Assembly: GCA_964658305.1 (NCBI GenBank)
Contig: OZ210885.1
Coordinates: 22,382,001 to 22,446,000 of the forward strand
Length of the DNA: 64,000 nucleotides
Reading direction: 5' to 3'
Source of the DNA: Leptogorgia sarmentosa
Taxonomy: Eukaryota
Positions 50,099-59,508 of this stretch are shown here, in pieces (the first letter of the stretch is position 1; the number at the start of each line of letters is the position of its first letter). The notes beneath the pieces are model-generated. The model worked only from the letters and a program-made list of their open reading frames with translations. It was not told the origin of the DNA and did no database searches. The translations under genes and the position numbers were made by a program.

Positions 50099-51406
50099 TT
50101 ATTGCACAAAAAACCATTTACATATAAAATCCCTTACAAGCATATCGTTCCATTCCTTATCGTTCGTAAACATATTAGTAATAGTTGACATGGGTATATT
50201 TCTACATCTATGGAGTGCATAAAACAGGCAATACTGCCCACACACATTAGACCATGCTGACTGTAAAGTTAACTTATTATAAATAAAAGTACTGCCATTA
50301 TCTTCCAAAAATGTTTAAGTTCTCGCTGTAGTAGCTAGGTTTTTGTCCGTAAGAATCCATAAATTCCCCTTTTCCATCACCTGTCAGGTAAATAGCTACA
50401 CAGTGCGAGCCAGGACCATCACTAGTATTGACATTCACAACAAATCCCCTGGGGCCGGTTGTACGAAGCCCGTTTAACTCGCTAACCACCGTTTAACTCG
50501 CTAACCACCGTATAAAATTTAAACGCTTCAGAAATATTGTTGCACGAAGCCCGGTACGGAAGTTACGGTTGCGCTTTCTAGGAGGCTTGATGAGTTTGTG
50601 AAGTTCCCTGAGACACAAAATGAGCGAGATTTAATAAAGCAAGGTCATACAAAATCGCCAATTTTCCCTGCGCAATTGGTGTTATTGATGCTTCCCATAT
50701 CAGAATCATTGCTCCAACAGACAACGAGTGGGATTTTGTCAATCGCAAACGATATCACAGCATAAATGTGCAAGGAATTTGTGATCACCAAATGTGTGAC
50801 CTCCAGGCACATTTCTTTGCATGCTTCGTTCCGCATTGCCCGCCATTTCTCTCTCACATCACCAGCGGTTCGTTTAGCCACGCCAAGGGCGTTTACTCTC
50901 TCTGAGATCATTTGCCATACTTTCTGCTTCTTTTTGTTCGTGAGAGTAGAAGAGAATTTGTCTCGAATCGTGTCAAGGTTGTCTTCGGCCAGTTGCAAAA
51001 TTAGTGCACATTCGGCCGCAGAGAAATTTGATTTTCTAGGGCGTTTCGCTTTTGCCTCCATCTTTCTTGAATTTTCGCGCCCTTAGATGCATAGCAACGC
51101 CAGAGAAAACCGGTTTTGTCTTGTTTCATCCGCTTAAACCTGAGTGTAACCACCGGATAGTTAAACGCGGCGCTAAACGGGCTTCATGCAACGCAATTTT
51201 AACCACCGTTGAACTATCCGACGGATAAGAAATTTATACGGTGGATAGCATCTAAACGCCGTTTAAGTTAAACGCCTTTCGTACAACCGCCCCCTGGGCT
51301 TTTCTGATATAGTATCCGGTAGACGATCCGAGGGGACCACACTCGTAAACACTGACTTGGTAAACGAATCACTTTGAAGCACGTTTAGAATCTGTAGAGT
51401 GTTCAT
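50099..51406 (-). pseudogene. Adenain-like cysteine protease, split by a Harbinger insertion
   Basis: GSH, DSYG and LQ...CGQYC catalytic motifs. Removing the insert restores EKPRGFVVN. Confidence 0.85.
50452..51293. mobile_element. PIF/Harbinger element, internally deleted
   Basis: 16-bp TIRs GGGCCGGTTGTACGAA and a 3-bp CTG TSD. Carries a Myb/SANT-like ORF on - and a HARBI1-like fragment (IDASHIRI..NRKRYHSINVQ) on +. Confidence 0.9.
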
Positions 51407-52754
51407 TATAACTGTTAAAATCACACAGCACGTTGCGGTTAGCGTCGATTTCAATAAGGTTTTGAAACTCCCTGAGCACCACGATATTTATAGCCCAGTT
51501 AAGAGCTGTACCAAACTGAACTTCTAGTGAGATGTTGCCGTTTTTAATAGGTTGTAGATGATCTCTTGAACAAAGATCGGCTGTCAGATCAAACACGAAC
51601 AATGTGTAACCATTAGGGTACTCGTCGCGTGAGATGCCATTACCTTCGTTCTGAAACAGCTTATTCGCACCAGCATACAATGTTTGAAACGCCGATACGT
51701 AGTTGACCCCTTGTTCGACACCAAATTTCATCTGAAGTGGTTTGCTAGGCAAATGCTCCCCATTTACGGTTAGTCCAAGATAGATTATATCGTAGTTTTT
51801 AAAATTAAACGGATTCTTCCTGAAGGAGCCATTGAAAGCCGTGGAATCAACCATGCCGATGACAATTCTATCAGGCAATTGTCCCTGAAAGATATTGGGT
51901 TGATTTCCAGAATAGTTTCCTCTCGGAGCGGAAAACACTTTGCATTCGACTCTGTTGATGGGATACTTTGCCGTGGTATGTTTCAGGCCTTCTGTATGAC
52001 CAATCATGACGGTAGAAGAATCATTGACTCTGCGCACACGGAAGACACAATCTTCTATCACGACTTTGTAGGCAGCTGGATCGACTGAAGACACCAGCGA
52101 AAACGCTGCACTTGATCGCACAAGCTTGAGCTTAATAGGAACCCCACCTAAAATGTAACGTTCTTGGGCAAAAAGGTCAGAGTGAATTTTTCCCTCCATG
52201 TAAACCATTTTGCTTTCCTTCGAATGGTTATAGCGATCTTTTAGTCCAGTATTCAGATTATTGTCATCTGCCATAGGATTCACAGAGTCCATTTTCCCGG
52301 CTTTGTCCTTGTAAAACAATGCGGACGTTAGCTGAGATGATTTGGCGTCTTTACTGAAATTTAATACGGTTTCTAAGTACGCTCTGTAGGGATATGCCGT
52401 GCTTGATGGTGTAACAAGTTTATTGTTCAAGAAAACTTCAACTTGAGAAAACATTGCGTGCAACCACAGGTTCACGGGCCCTACTTGTTTGTCAACCTCT
52501 AGGTTAGCACCATTCACCCTTGTTATTTTCGCTTTCACATGAAGGTAGCTATTTGCCAGGTCTGTGTAGACATCGGGGTTAGCAGTACAAAGAAATTCAA
52601 TAGTGTCAGAGGTTTGAACGCTTGAAACAGGATCAACACTTTCCCAAAAACCTTTGTTCATTTCAATCTGTGTAGGTGGTACTGTAAATAATTCGAGTTC
52701 TGATTTTCCGCAGCCGCATGAATCTTTATGTAGGGTATTTATCGCTTGTGCCAT
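51369..52754 (-). CDS. Major capsid protein (double jelly-roll, hexon-like)
   Basis: 461-aa intact ORF with ELELFTVPPTQ, YPYRAYLE and FNGSFRKNPFNF motifs, adjacent to the protease. Confidence 0.82.
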   Translation of the reverse strand: MAQAINTLHKDSCGCGKSELELFTVPPTQIEMNKGFWESVDPVSSVQTSDTIEFLCTANPDVYTDLANSYLHVKAKITRVNGANLEVDKQVGPVNLWLHAMFSQVEVFLNNKLVTPSSTAYPYRAYLETVLNFSKDAKSSQLTSALFYKDKAGKMDSVNPMADDNNLNTGLKDRYNHSKESKMVYMEGKIHSDLFAQERYILGGVPIKLKLVRSSAAFSLVSSVDPAAYKVVIEDCVFRVRRVNDSSTVMIGHTEGLKHTTAKYPINRVECKVFSAPRGNYSGNQPNIFQGQLPDRIVIGMVDSTAFNGSFRKNPFNFKNYDIIYLGLTVNGEHLPSKPLQMKFGVEQGVNYVSAFQTLYAGANKLFQNEGNGISRDEYPNGYTLFVFDLTADLCSRDHLQPIKNGNISLEVQFGTALNWAINIVVLREFQNLIEIDANRNVLCDFNSYNEHSTDSKRASK

Positions 52755-53233
52755 TTCTTAGTAGGTGGACCAGCAAAAATGTTCTCTTGTGTATCAAGTG
52801 GTGATGTTCTCCGCTTACTTGCTTGAGTAGAAATGACAACTTTCCTTTGAGAACCAGTTCTTAAAGGGCCTGACCGATTTGCTCGCTTCCTCTTAGAACC
52901 GCCCCCAATTTGGTTTTTGACATTATTCACACCCTGTTTTGCTAAATCGCTCACAGCTTGTCGCCCTCTGTTTGTCACTGCTTGTTTTACACGTTTCTCT
53001 GCCAGTACGTCTTGGCCAACATTTACAGTGGTTTCTATTGCCTTTTTACCAATTGCGTTTACACCCTTCTTCACCAAAGGTATGGCAACACGAGCAATAC
53101 TCTTGAAAAAACTACCAAGTCCATACCCCGGCTGTATTCTAGCCCCATGGAAACCGGAAAGGGTCCCACTATTCTGATTTTTCAAGTAAAACATTTTGCA
53201 ATCGTTCACGTTAGGTATAAATGTGTGTCTCAT
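52739..53233 (-). CDS. Basic virion core / membrane-active protein candidate
   Basis: GYGLGSFFKSIARVAIPLVKKG amphipathic helix and K/R-rich C-terminus; sits between the two capsid genes. Confidence 0.6.
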   Translation of the reverse strand: MRHTFIPNVNDCKMFYLKNQNSGTLSGFHGARIQPGYGLGSFFKSIARVAIPLVKKGVNAIGKKAIETTVNVGQDVLAEKRVKQAVTNRGRQAVSDLAKQGVNNVKNQIGGGSKRKRANRSGPLRTGSQRKVVISTQASKRRTSPLDTQENIFAGPPTKKWHKR

Positions 53234-53235
53234 GG

Positions 53236-53990
53236 TTATATAAATAGAGGAGATCTTCTCTGTCTGAAATGAAGTGTCACGATCACCTTCCCAAACTGAA
53301 ATGGCACTTTTTTCTGTGTGTCATCCTTTATATCTATTTCAACAGTCTCAAATGACTTTACATTCACTGGAACGTATTGAAGATTTGGAAAACTAACATT
53401 TACATTTTTGGCAAACTCCCCCGTACATTTGATAACTTTCAACAAGGAAACTTTAGTATCCCCTACTAACTGTGGTTCAACAATATCTGTGTACAAATAC
53501 ATGGCGTGAAATCCAGCTTCTAAATCGACAGGTAATGGAGCTTCTGCTTTCTTCGTTATAACTACCTCATTCTTCTTAAATCCAATCATACTCGCAAAGC
53601 GACCAGCTAAAGCCAATTTTGCCTTATTTTTACATGTACCGTGATTTTGCGGGTTATTTTATTGTATGTTAGCCAAATATCTCCATGTGCATCTGTCTTT
53701 AACGTTTTATTTACAGCCGCAACAAACTCTCTAATGGTTGGGTAGTACTTATGGGGGATAACACTTGTCGAATAGATATCCTGTCCACCGCTATCGTAGT
53801 AGATATGATTATCAAAATCGCGTAAATTATACCAGCTACGAGGGTACTGGAATTCAGAAAGAGCCACCTCCCAATCCCCTGTTAGTTCAATGGGTTGTGC
53901 AAGTTTAGTTTTAAAATTTGTCAGAGTATTGCCTGGAAAATATTCCATTAAACTGTTTGATGGTAAAGTAAGATAAAACTGACTAGCCAT
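53236..53990 (-). pseudogene. Minor capsid protein (penton-like), frameshifted
   Basis: FYLTLPSNS...WEVALSE and YTDIVEPQLVGD...TLHFR motifs. Confidence 0.78.
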
Positions 53991-54142
53991 GGCGATGAGT
54001 AAGTGACAAATGAATACAACACGTTGTTGAGTCATGGATCTTATAAGTTTGATCTGAAATCCCCCGGCGGTATGAGAGTGCGCATGCTTTTGATATTTGA
54101 CACTTTGTGCTATAAGGTGTTTCTCTCGTCGTGAACAGAAAG

Positions 54143-54841
54143 ATGTATTCAATAGAGTTTCTCAGCATCTTACTTTTTATTTTATTTTTAAACAAAGTTT
54201 CTGGCAATCACAGTTGCTGTAAATACATTAAAAGTATCCGACTATTGGATTGTGTGGGGTGTTCTCTCGAAAAGGTTCTGTGTATCGATGAACACGATGT
54301 GTTCGTAACCTTGGATCTGAGAGGGAACAACATAACGTGGATCGACGATGAAACTATCTCAGCATACAAGAATCTCAATGTGATCGACCTGCGTCAGAAT
54401 CCCCAAGTATGCGGTAAAATAAAAACACTGAAGAAGGTTGAAGTCAAAAGTGACTGCTATTAGACGCCAACAGGCGATATTCATACATGGCAATTATCAA
54501 CACGCGCAGATTCTTCGACAATGCCCACTCATCGTAGCTACAAAACTTCACCCTCAACTCCATACCACAAGAAACCTTCATCTGATCAGTTATTCTACAA
54601 CACTCACCACCCAAATAATATCAAATCCCAAACACACAACAGATCCCGAGAAATAGCGATATCCCTTTCAGCGTTCGTCTTCACTCTGTTACTGGTATAT
54701 ACTATTATAAGACTAAAGCGTTTTTTATGTTGCTGTTGGCGAGATCGACATCAGAATACTGATGAAATTATATCGATGAACTTCACCACGAGTTCATCTT
54801 CAGGATCGAGTACTACGATATATTCTGACTCAAGTGTATAA
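54143..54841 (+). pseudogene. LRR-containing type I membrane protein with a single in-frame TAG
   Basis: Signal peptide, Cys cap, LDLRGNNI and IDLRQNP repeats, S/T/P-rich stalk, TM helix and CCC. ORFs 54131 and 54521 are in the same frame. Confidence 0.65.
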
Positions 54842-54910
54842 AACATATATATATTTTGTTCGTATTATTGTTGGGATATTTTACACGTTAAATCATTGGT
54901 ATTATAACTT

Positions 54911-55981
54911 TTATTTCGAAGTTTTCTTTACATTGGTAGCCGGTATCCAGGAATTAAAACTATCTGGATAACCTAACCATTTGACAAAATACTCCTTCTG
55001 TTTATTACGCATGCATGATTTGATAACTTTCTCCACTCTATAATAGTCACTATCTCGCTTGATAACGTTTTGTAGTTCCTCTTCAAAAAACGTGCCTTCT
55101 AATTCATCTCCGTGATAATCAGCAATTTTATACACAGGGGGTTTTCTTGGTATCAGCTTTGTGATAGTAAACACTTCTTCAGTCCAATTGGGTAGGTAGC
55201 CTTTTTTAAACGTTCGTCTCGCTTTACTTATTCGAACACTAAACTTGTACTTGCTGCGTTTATTTCCCTCACTACCATATAATCTTTCCCACACAATATT
55301 TTTGTTTTCGACATTGACATCAAATGGTCGCATCCCAATACTACGGTGTCTCGAATGATTATAGGAACGCACTAATTTTTGTAGGACGTCAATATACGTT
55401 AGTGTGTTGTTAGCAGTGAAATATTTCCACATTCTCCCTTTCAACGTTCCATTAAACCTTTCAACTACTGACGCTTTGGTTTCGTTATATGTGGTGAAAA
55501 ATAGGATTTTCTTTTTCTTTAGAAATGTTTGAAAGTGTTTATTTGTGAACTCAGTCCCCTTGTCGGAATGAAACTTCTGGGGTTTCCGACCTTTTCTCAA
55601 TATTTTTTCAAACGCTTTAACCAAGTTTTCCCCAGACTTTGTTTTCAAGGGTTCTACCCACGCATACTTAGAAAATACATCAATAACGGTCAAAATATAT
55701 TTGTAACCAGTGTTTTCTTTGCTCAGGGAATCCATAATAACTAAATCAGCTTCCCATTCTTTATCTATACCCCCAACAATCACTCTATTTCTCTTAAATC
55801 TGTATCGGACTGGTTTATGTAAAGTGTATGTATCTTGTTTCAACCAGGTTCTTATTTTATTTCGAGACAGTTGAAATTTACCATCTTCTTTTACGGCATG
55901 GTAAGCAGCCTCCACGCTGCCAAAACTTACCGGACTTTCAGGATTGTAATACAGGTTGTGGAGGTATTTCTCCGCCATCAA
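54911..55981 (-). CDS. Retroviral-like (rve) integrase with C-terminal chromodomain
   Basis: EADL, IDVFSKY, SDKGTEF and ERFNGTLK motifs; chromodomain YFVKWLGYPDSFNSWIP. Confidence 0.93.
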   Translation of the reverse strand: MMAEKYLHNLYYNPESPVSFGSVEAAYHAVKEDGKFQLSRNKIRTWLKQDTYTLHKPVRYRFKRNRVIVGGIDKEWEADLVIMDSLSKENTGYKYILTVIDVFSKYAWVEPLKTKSGENLVKAFEKILRKGRKPQKFHSDKGTEFTNKHFQTFLKKKKILFFTTYNETKASVVERFNGTLKGRMWKYFTANNTLTYIDVLQKLVRSYNHSRHRSIGMRPFDVNVENKNIVWERLYGSEGNKRSKYKFSVRISKARRTFKKGYLPNWTEEVFTITKLIPRKPPVYKIADYHGDELEGTFFEEELQNVIKRDSDYYRVEKVIKSCMRNKQKEYFVKWLGYPDSFNSWIPATNVKKTSK

Positions 55982-56184
55982 GGTTGGACTGTTGAATCAC
56001 AATCTTTCCCGAGCAACATGCAACATATTCGTCTAAATTTTATAGAGGGCAATCCACCCTTTAAACATGACATGTTCACTCTAGGGAAAATAGGTTAAAA
56101 ATGAACAACGACAACATAATGACACGATATAAATAAAAAAATATTTATTTAAATACATACAAAGATACAGTTTTGTTCAAATTA

Positions 56185-56871
56185 TTAGCTAATCCGCATG
56201 TTCGAAAATCCTTCAATCAGTTCATCAACTTCCTTTTGGCGACGAAATTCTTCGTAGGCTTTCCTTCGGTCCGTTTCGTGGCTTGTAAACGTCTCCCCAC
56301 TCTTGCGCACTGTATACCGGTAGGATGGTGGCATACTAAACAAACATGTACAACCTGGTTCAAGGGGATCTTCGTCGGGTTTCCACGCAAAGAAGTCCCA
56401 AGCACTCTCTCTCGGATGAGAGAGAGTGCTTTTACCTTCAAAAACATCGCCCCACTGCCAAAACGAACAAGGATTGTCTCTTTCAGAACACACGAAAAAT
56501 GGTCTACCATAGCTCTGGTTATTCATATCTTTAACCATTCGCATCTTTGCCAAGCCCCCATGTCCGTAACACCTTGGATGTAGGCAACCACTTTCACGAA
56601 AAGCTGTCGCAGCTTTTCCAAACATATAGCAATCTTGATCGGGGCAAAAGAACTCACAACTCGGCTTCTGACCACAAAACCAAAACATACCCTTCTGAGT
56701 CACTGTAGATGATGCTGGTAAACCGTGTAAACATTCCATTGTATTACAACAAGCTTGTAGGTTCTCCAAGGCTTTTTTCAAACGATCCAATCCTTCACTA
56801 GCGTCTTGAAAAATTGTCGATTTTTGACTAAAGCAAAGACACCAAACCAAGTGTAACCCATATTTTAACAA
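56185..56871 (-). CDS. GRF-type zinc-finger protein
   Basis: C.GH...GRPFFVC...CSFWQW plus an upstream related finger. Confidence 0.65.
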   Translation of the reverse strand: MLKYGLHLVWCLCFSQKSTIFQDASEGLDRLKKALENLQACCNTMECLHGLPASSTVTQKGMFWFCGQKPSCEFFCPDQDCYMFGKAATAFRESGCLHPRCYGHGGLAKMRMVKDMNNQSYGRPFFVCSERDNPCSFWQWGDVFEGKSTLSHPRESAWDFFAWKPDEDPLEPGCTCLFSMPPSYRYTVRKSGETFTSHETDRRKAYEEFRRQKEVDELIEGFSNMRIS

Positions 56872-57607
56872 TATGGGCGAGTTACAACAACATCGTTCTG
56901 AAATGATGATGCAGGCGGAAAAGGATAGACACGCTGAATATATTGCATTTCAGAGGGAACAAGCTGAATTAAACCGACAACATGAGCTAAAAATGCTTGA
57001 AATAATTATGAAGTTCTCCAGGGCACAGCCCCAATCACAGCCTACTCAGCAACTACCATTGCAAATCCAACATCCAATGCAATCTGCCCAGTTTTGCAGT
57101 TGAGTACCTTATGGTCAGAGTCCAGTTCAGAATATGCAGACAGCCGAAACACAAGACAATATTTTAAACCTGGACAGCCAACGTGCGCATACATCTATGA
57201 GATGGTTTTAGATGTGCATAAACTTTCTTATGATGCCACCAGGTTCAAATTCGCTTAGCTTCCTTTTGTATTGGACAATGTGCTAGTACTCAATTGCTTC
57301 AAGCTGTGTTTGAACTCAAATTATCTGTCCATTGGTTGCTTTTTTTCAACTTTAGCATTGATGTTGTTTGTTAAAATATTTCAGAAATAAAGATAGTTTC
57401 TGTTCATGTTTCAATATAAATTCCAAGGCAAGGATTTGTCTTTGGGGAAAGGGGTATAGTGTAAAATAAGGGAGGATGTTTTCATGGATGAAGCAAAAAA
57501 TGAATAGGAATAAGTTAATACCTTATTGATGATGATTTGTTAGGTTTCAGCTTAGAAAATGTGAGAATAAAATGAAGCTCAATTATTTGCGAACCGGCGT
57601 GTGTGCG

Positions 57608-57645
57608 TACTACACTTGATCTTATTCAAAAGGCCGAGAAGCGAT
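57608..57645 (-). ncRNA. RNU2: U2 snRNA 5' fragment (nt 1-38), ending exactly at the Utopia insertion site
   Basis: Reverse complement reads ATCGCTTCTCGGCCTTTTGAATAAGATCAAGTGTAGTA. Confidence 0.92.
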
Positions 57646-57917
57646 GGCTTTTTCGCCGTTCCACGCCACCTTTTAAGCGAGAAAAGCAAGGGGGGAAAAT
57701 GCGGCCCTCCTTCGCGCCGCCATTAGCAACCGCGGCCGCAAAATCGCAAACGAGCCGCAAACGTTATGGCACACGGCGACGATGACGCGTACAATCAATT
57801 GTTTGTGCACTGCTAATTTTTTGTGCTTCGGTTGGGAAAATGACAAGTGCATTTGAATTGCAAATGTTGTTTAACATAAGTCTAGTATAAAACGCATGAT
57901 CGGTTGGCAGCACATTG

Positions 57918-58009
57918 ATTCATTCATTCATTCATTCATTCATTCATTCATTCATTCATTCATTCATTCATTCATTCATTCATTCATTCATTCATTCATT
58001 CATTCATTC
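57918..58009. repeat. (ATTC)n microsatellite in the snRNA spacer
   Basis: About 23 perfect units; the homologous spacer near 43900 has only about 3. Confidence 0.97.
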
Positions 58010-58305
58010 CATGTAAAATGTATGCAGCAAGGTGTGAGTAATCCAATATTGATTGCATGGTTATATATTAGTTTCGAATGACCGCGATGTAGTATCGATC
58101 GAGTTACACATGTTCGTGAAAACACGTGGTGGCCAGTGTGAGGAATTAGACTGGGAGCCAGCAGGGTTGAGCCTAGCTGGAAAGTTAACCAATTTTCATG
58201 TATATAGCAATATTCCATATACATGGTTATACAAGGAAACAGGTGTCTGGCAGGCAGATAGTGGTGGATGTGGTCAGGGGGGCATGATAAAGAAACCCTA
58301 AATTT

Positions 58306-58720
58306 GAGCTAGATCAGCTGGAGAGTTAACCTGATAAAACTTACTGGAAAATGTTCATCATGACCCTATTTATCATTAATGACTATTGCCAGACAATTTC
58401 AGCGGTGGGGTGGGCCGGCCAGACGACCCTGGACTGACAACTTTAAAATTTTCAAAATTCAGCTAGATCAGCTGGAGAGTTAACCTGATAAAACTTACTG
58501 GAAAATGTTCATCATGGCCCTGTTTATCATTAATGACTATTGCCAGACAATTTCAGCGGTGGGGTGGGCCCGCCAGACGACTCTGGACTGACAACTTTAA
58601 AACTGAGCTAGATCAGCTGGAGAGTTAACTTGATGAAACTAACTGGAAAATGTTCATTATGACCCTGTTTATCATTAATGACTATTGCCAGACAATTTCA
58701 GTGGTGGGGTGGGCCCGCAA
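58306..58720. repeat. Tandem repeat of about 150 bp, about 2.8 copies
   Basis: AGCTAGATCAGCTGGAGAGTTAAC units at about 58307, 58461 and 58606. Confidence 0.9.
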
Positions 58721-58796
58721 GATATGCCGGAATTTCAGGAAAAGTGTCAATATTCACCGAAGTAATCCTTTAAATGTTCCTGATTTCATTGCCTAA

Positions 58797-58899
58797 CCCT
58801 TATGCACAACACTTTCTGGAGTTTCCGCGTTGACGAGTAACATCGTCTGGCTGTAGACAGAATGAAAGTGTAATGTACTAGACGCCATACAGTAAAGGG
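58797..58899. mobile_element. Possible piggyBac-like MITE
   Basis: CTAA-CCCTT...AAGGG-TTAA termini. Confidence 0.45.
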
Positions 58900-59508
58900 T
58901 TAAAAACCAGATTTCAAAAATGAAATGAAGGAACACTTAAAAACAAAGAAATAGCGCGCATGTGTTATAGTAAAAAATAAAGGTCGCTTGGGAGAGGCCG
59001 CTGTGCTGTGTACAGTCCTTTCAGTATTTTTACTACGGCTGTCGGCTGCCGAGTGGATGGTATCGAAAAGGATTGGAAGATATTCAAGTTAATTAGCGAA
59101 TGGATGAAGAAGTAAGGCCAAGGGGCGCTCTAGAAGAGGACAATTTGGGAGAGCCAGTTGAGGGATCACATGGTTCTGTCAGTGGAGAGGTACAATACGT
59201 CATAGTTCATAGTTGCCGCGATAATCAAGCATTACAAGTAATATTTTATATCGTTATGTTTAAAGCGCAAGAACTTCATAGTTGTCGCGAAGTTTAACAT
59301 ATAGTTGCCGTGATATTCAGGCATTACTAGTAAGAAGTTATCCTTATGTTTAAACTGCAAGAAAACCTAAATGAATGATGCATCAGACAATACAACTACA
59401 TGCAGAAGGAAAGAGCGGCTGTACAACATTGGGAAGCCATTTAAGTGCACGACTCAATAAGCGTTTTTTAGTAAACAACTCCAAACATGGAAATATGATA
59501 AATTCATC

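Larger units (their letters stand above)
46937..56871. mobile_element. Maverick/Polinton (adintovirus-like) endogenous virus, truncated and decayed
   Basis: Clustered PolB, ATPase, adenain-like protease, major and minor capsid genes and rve integrase; no terminal repeats visible. Confidence 0.9.
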
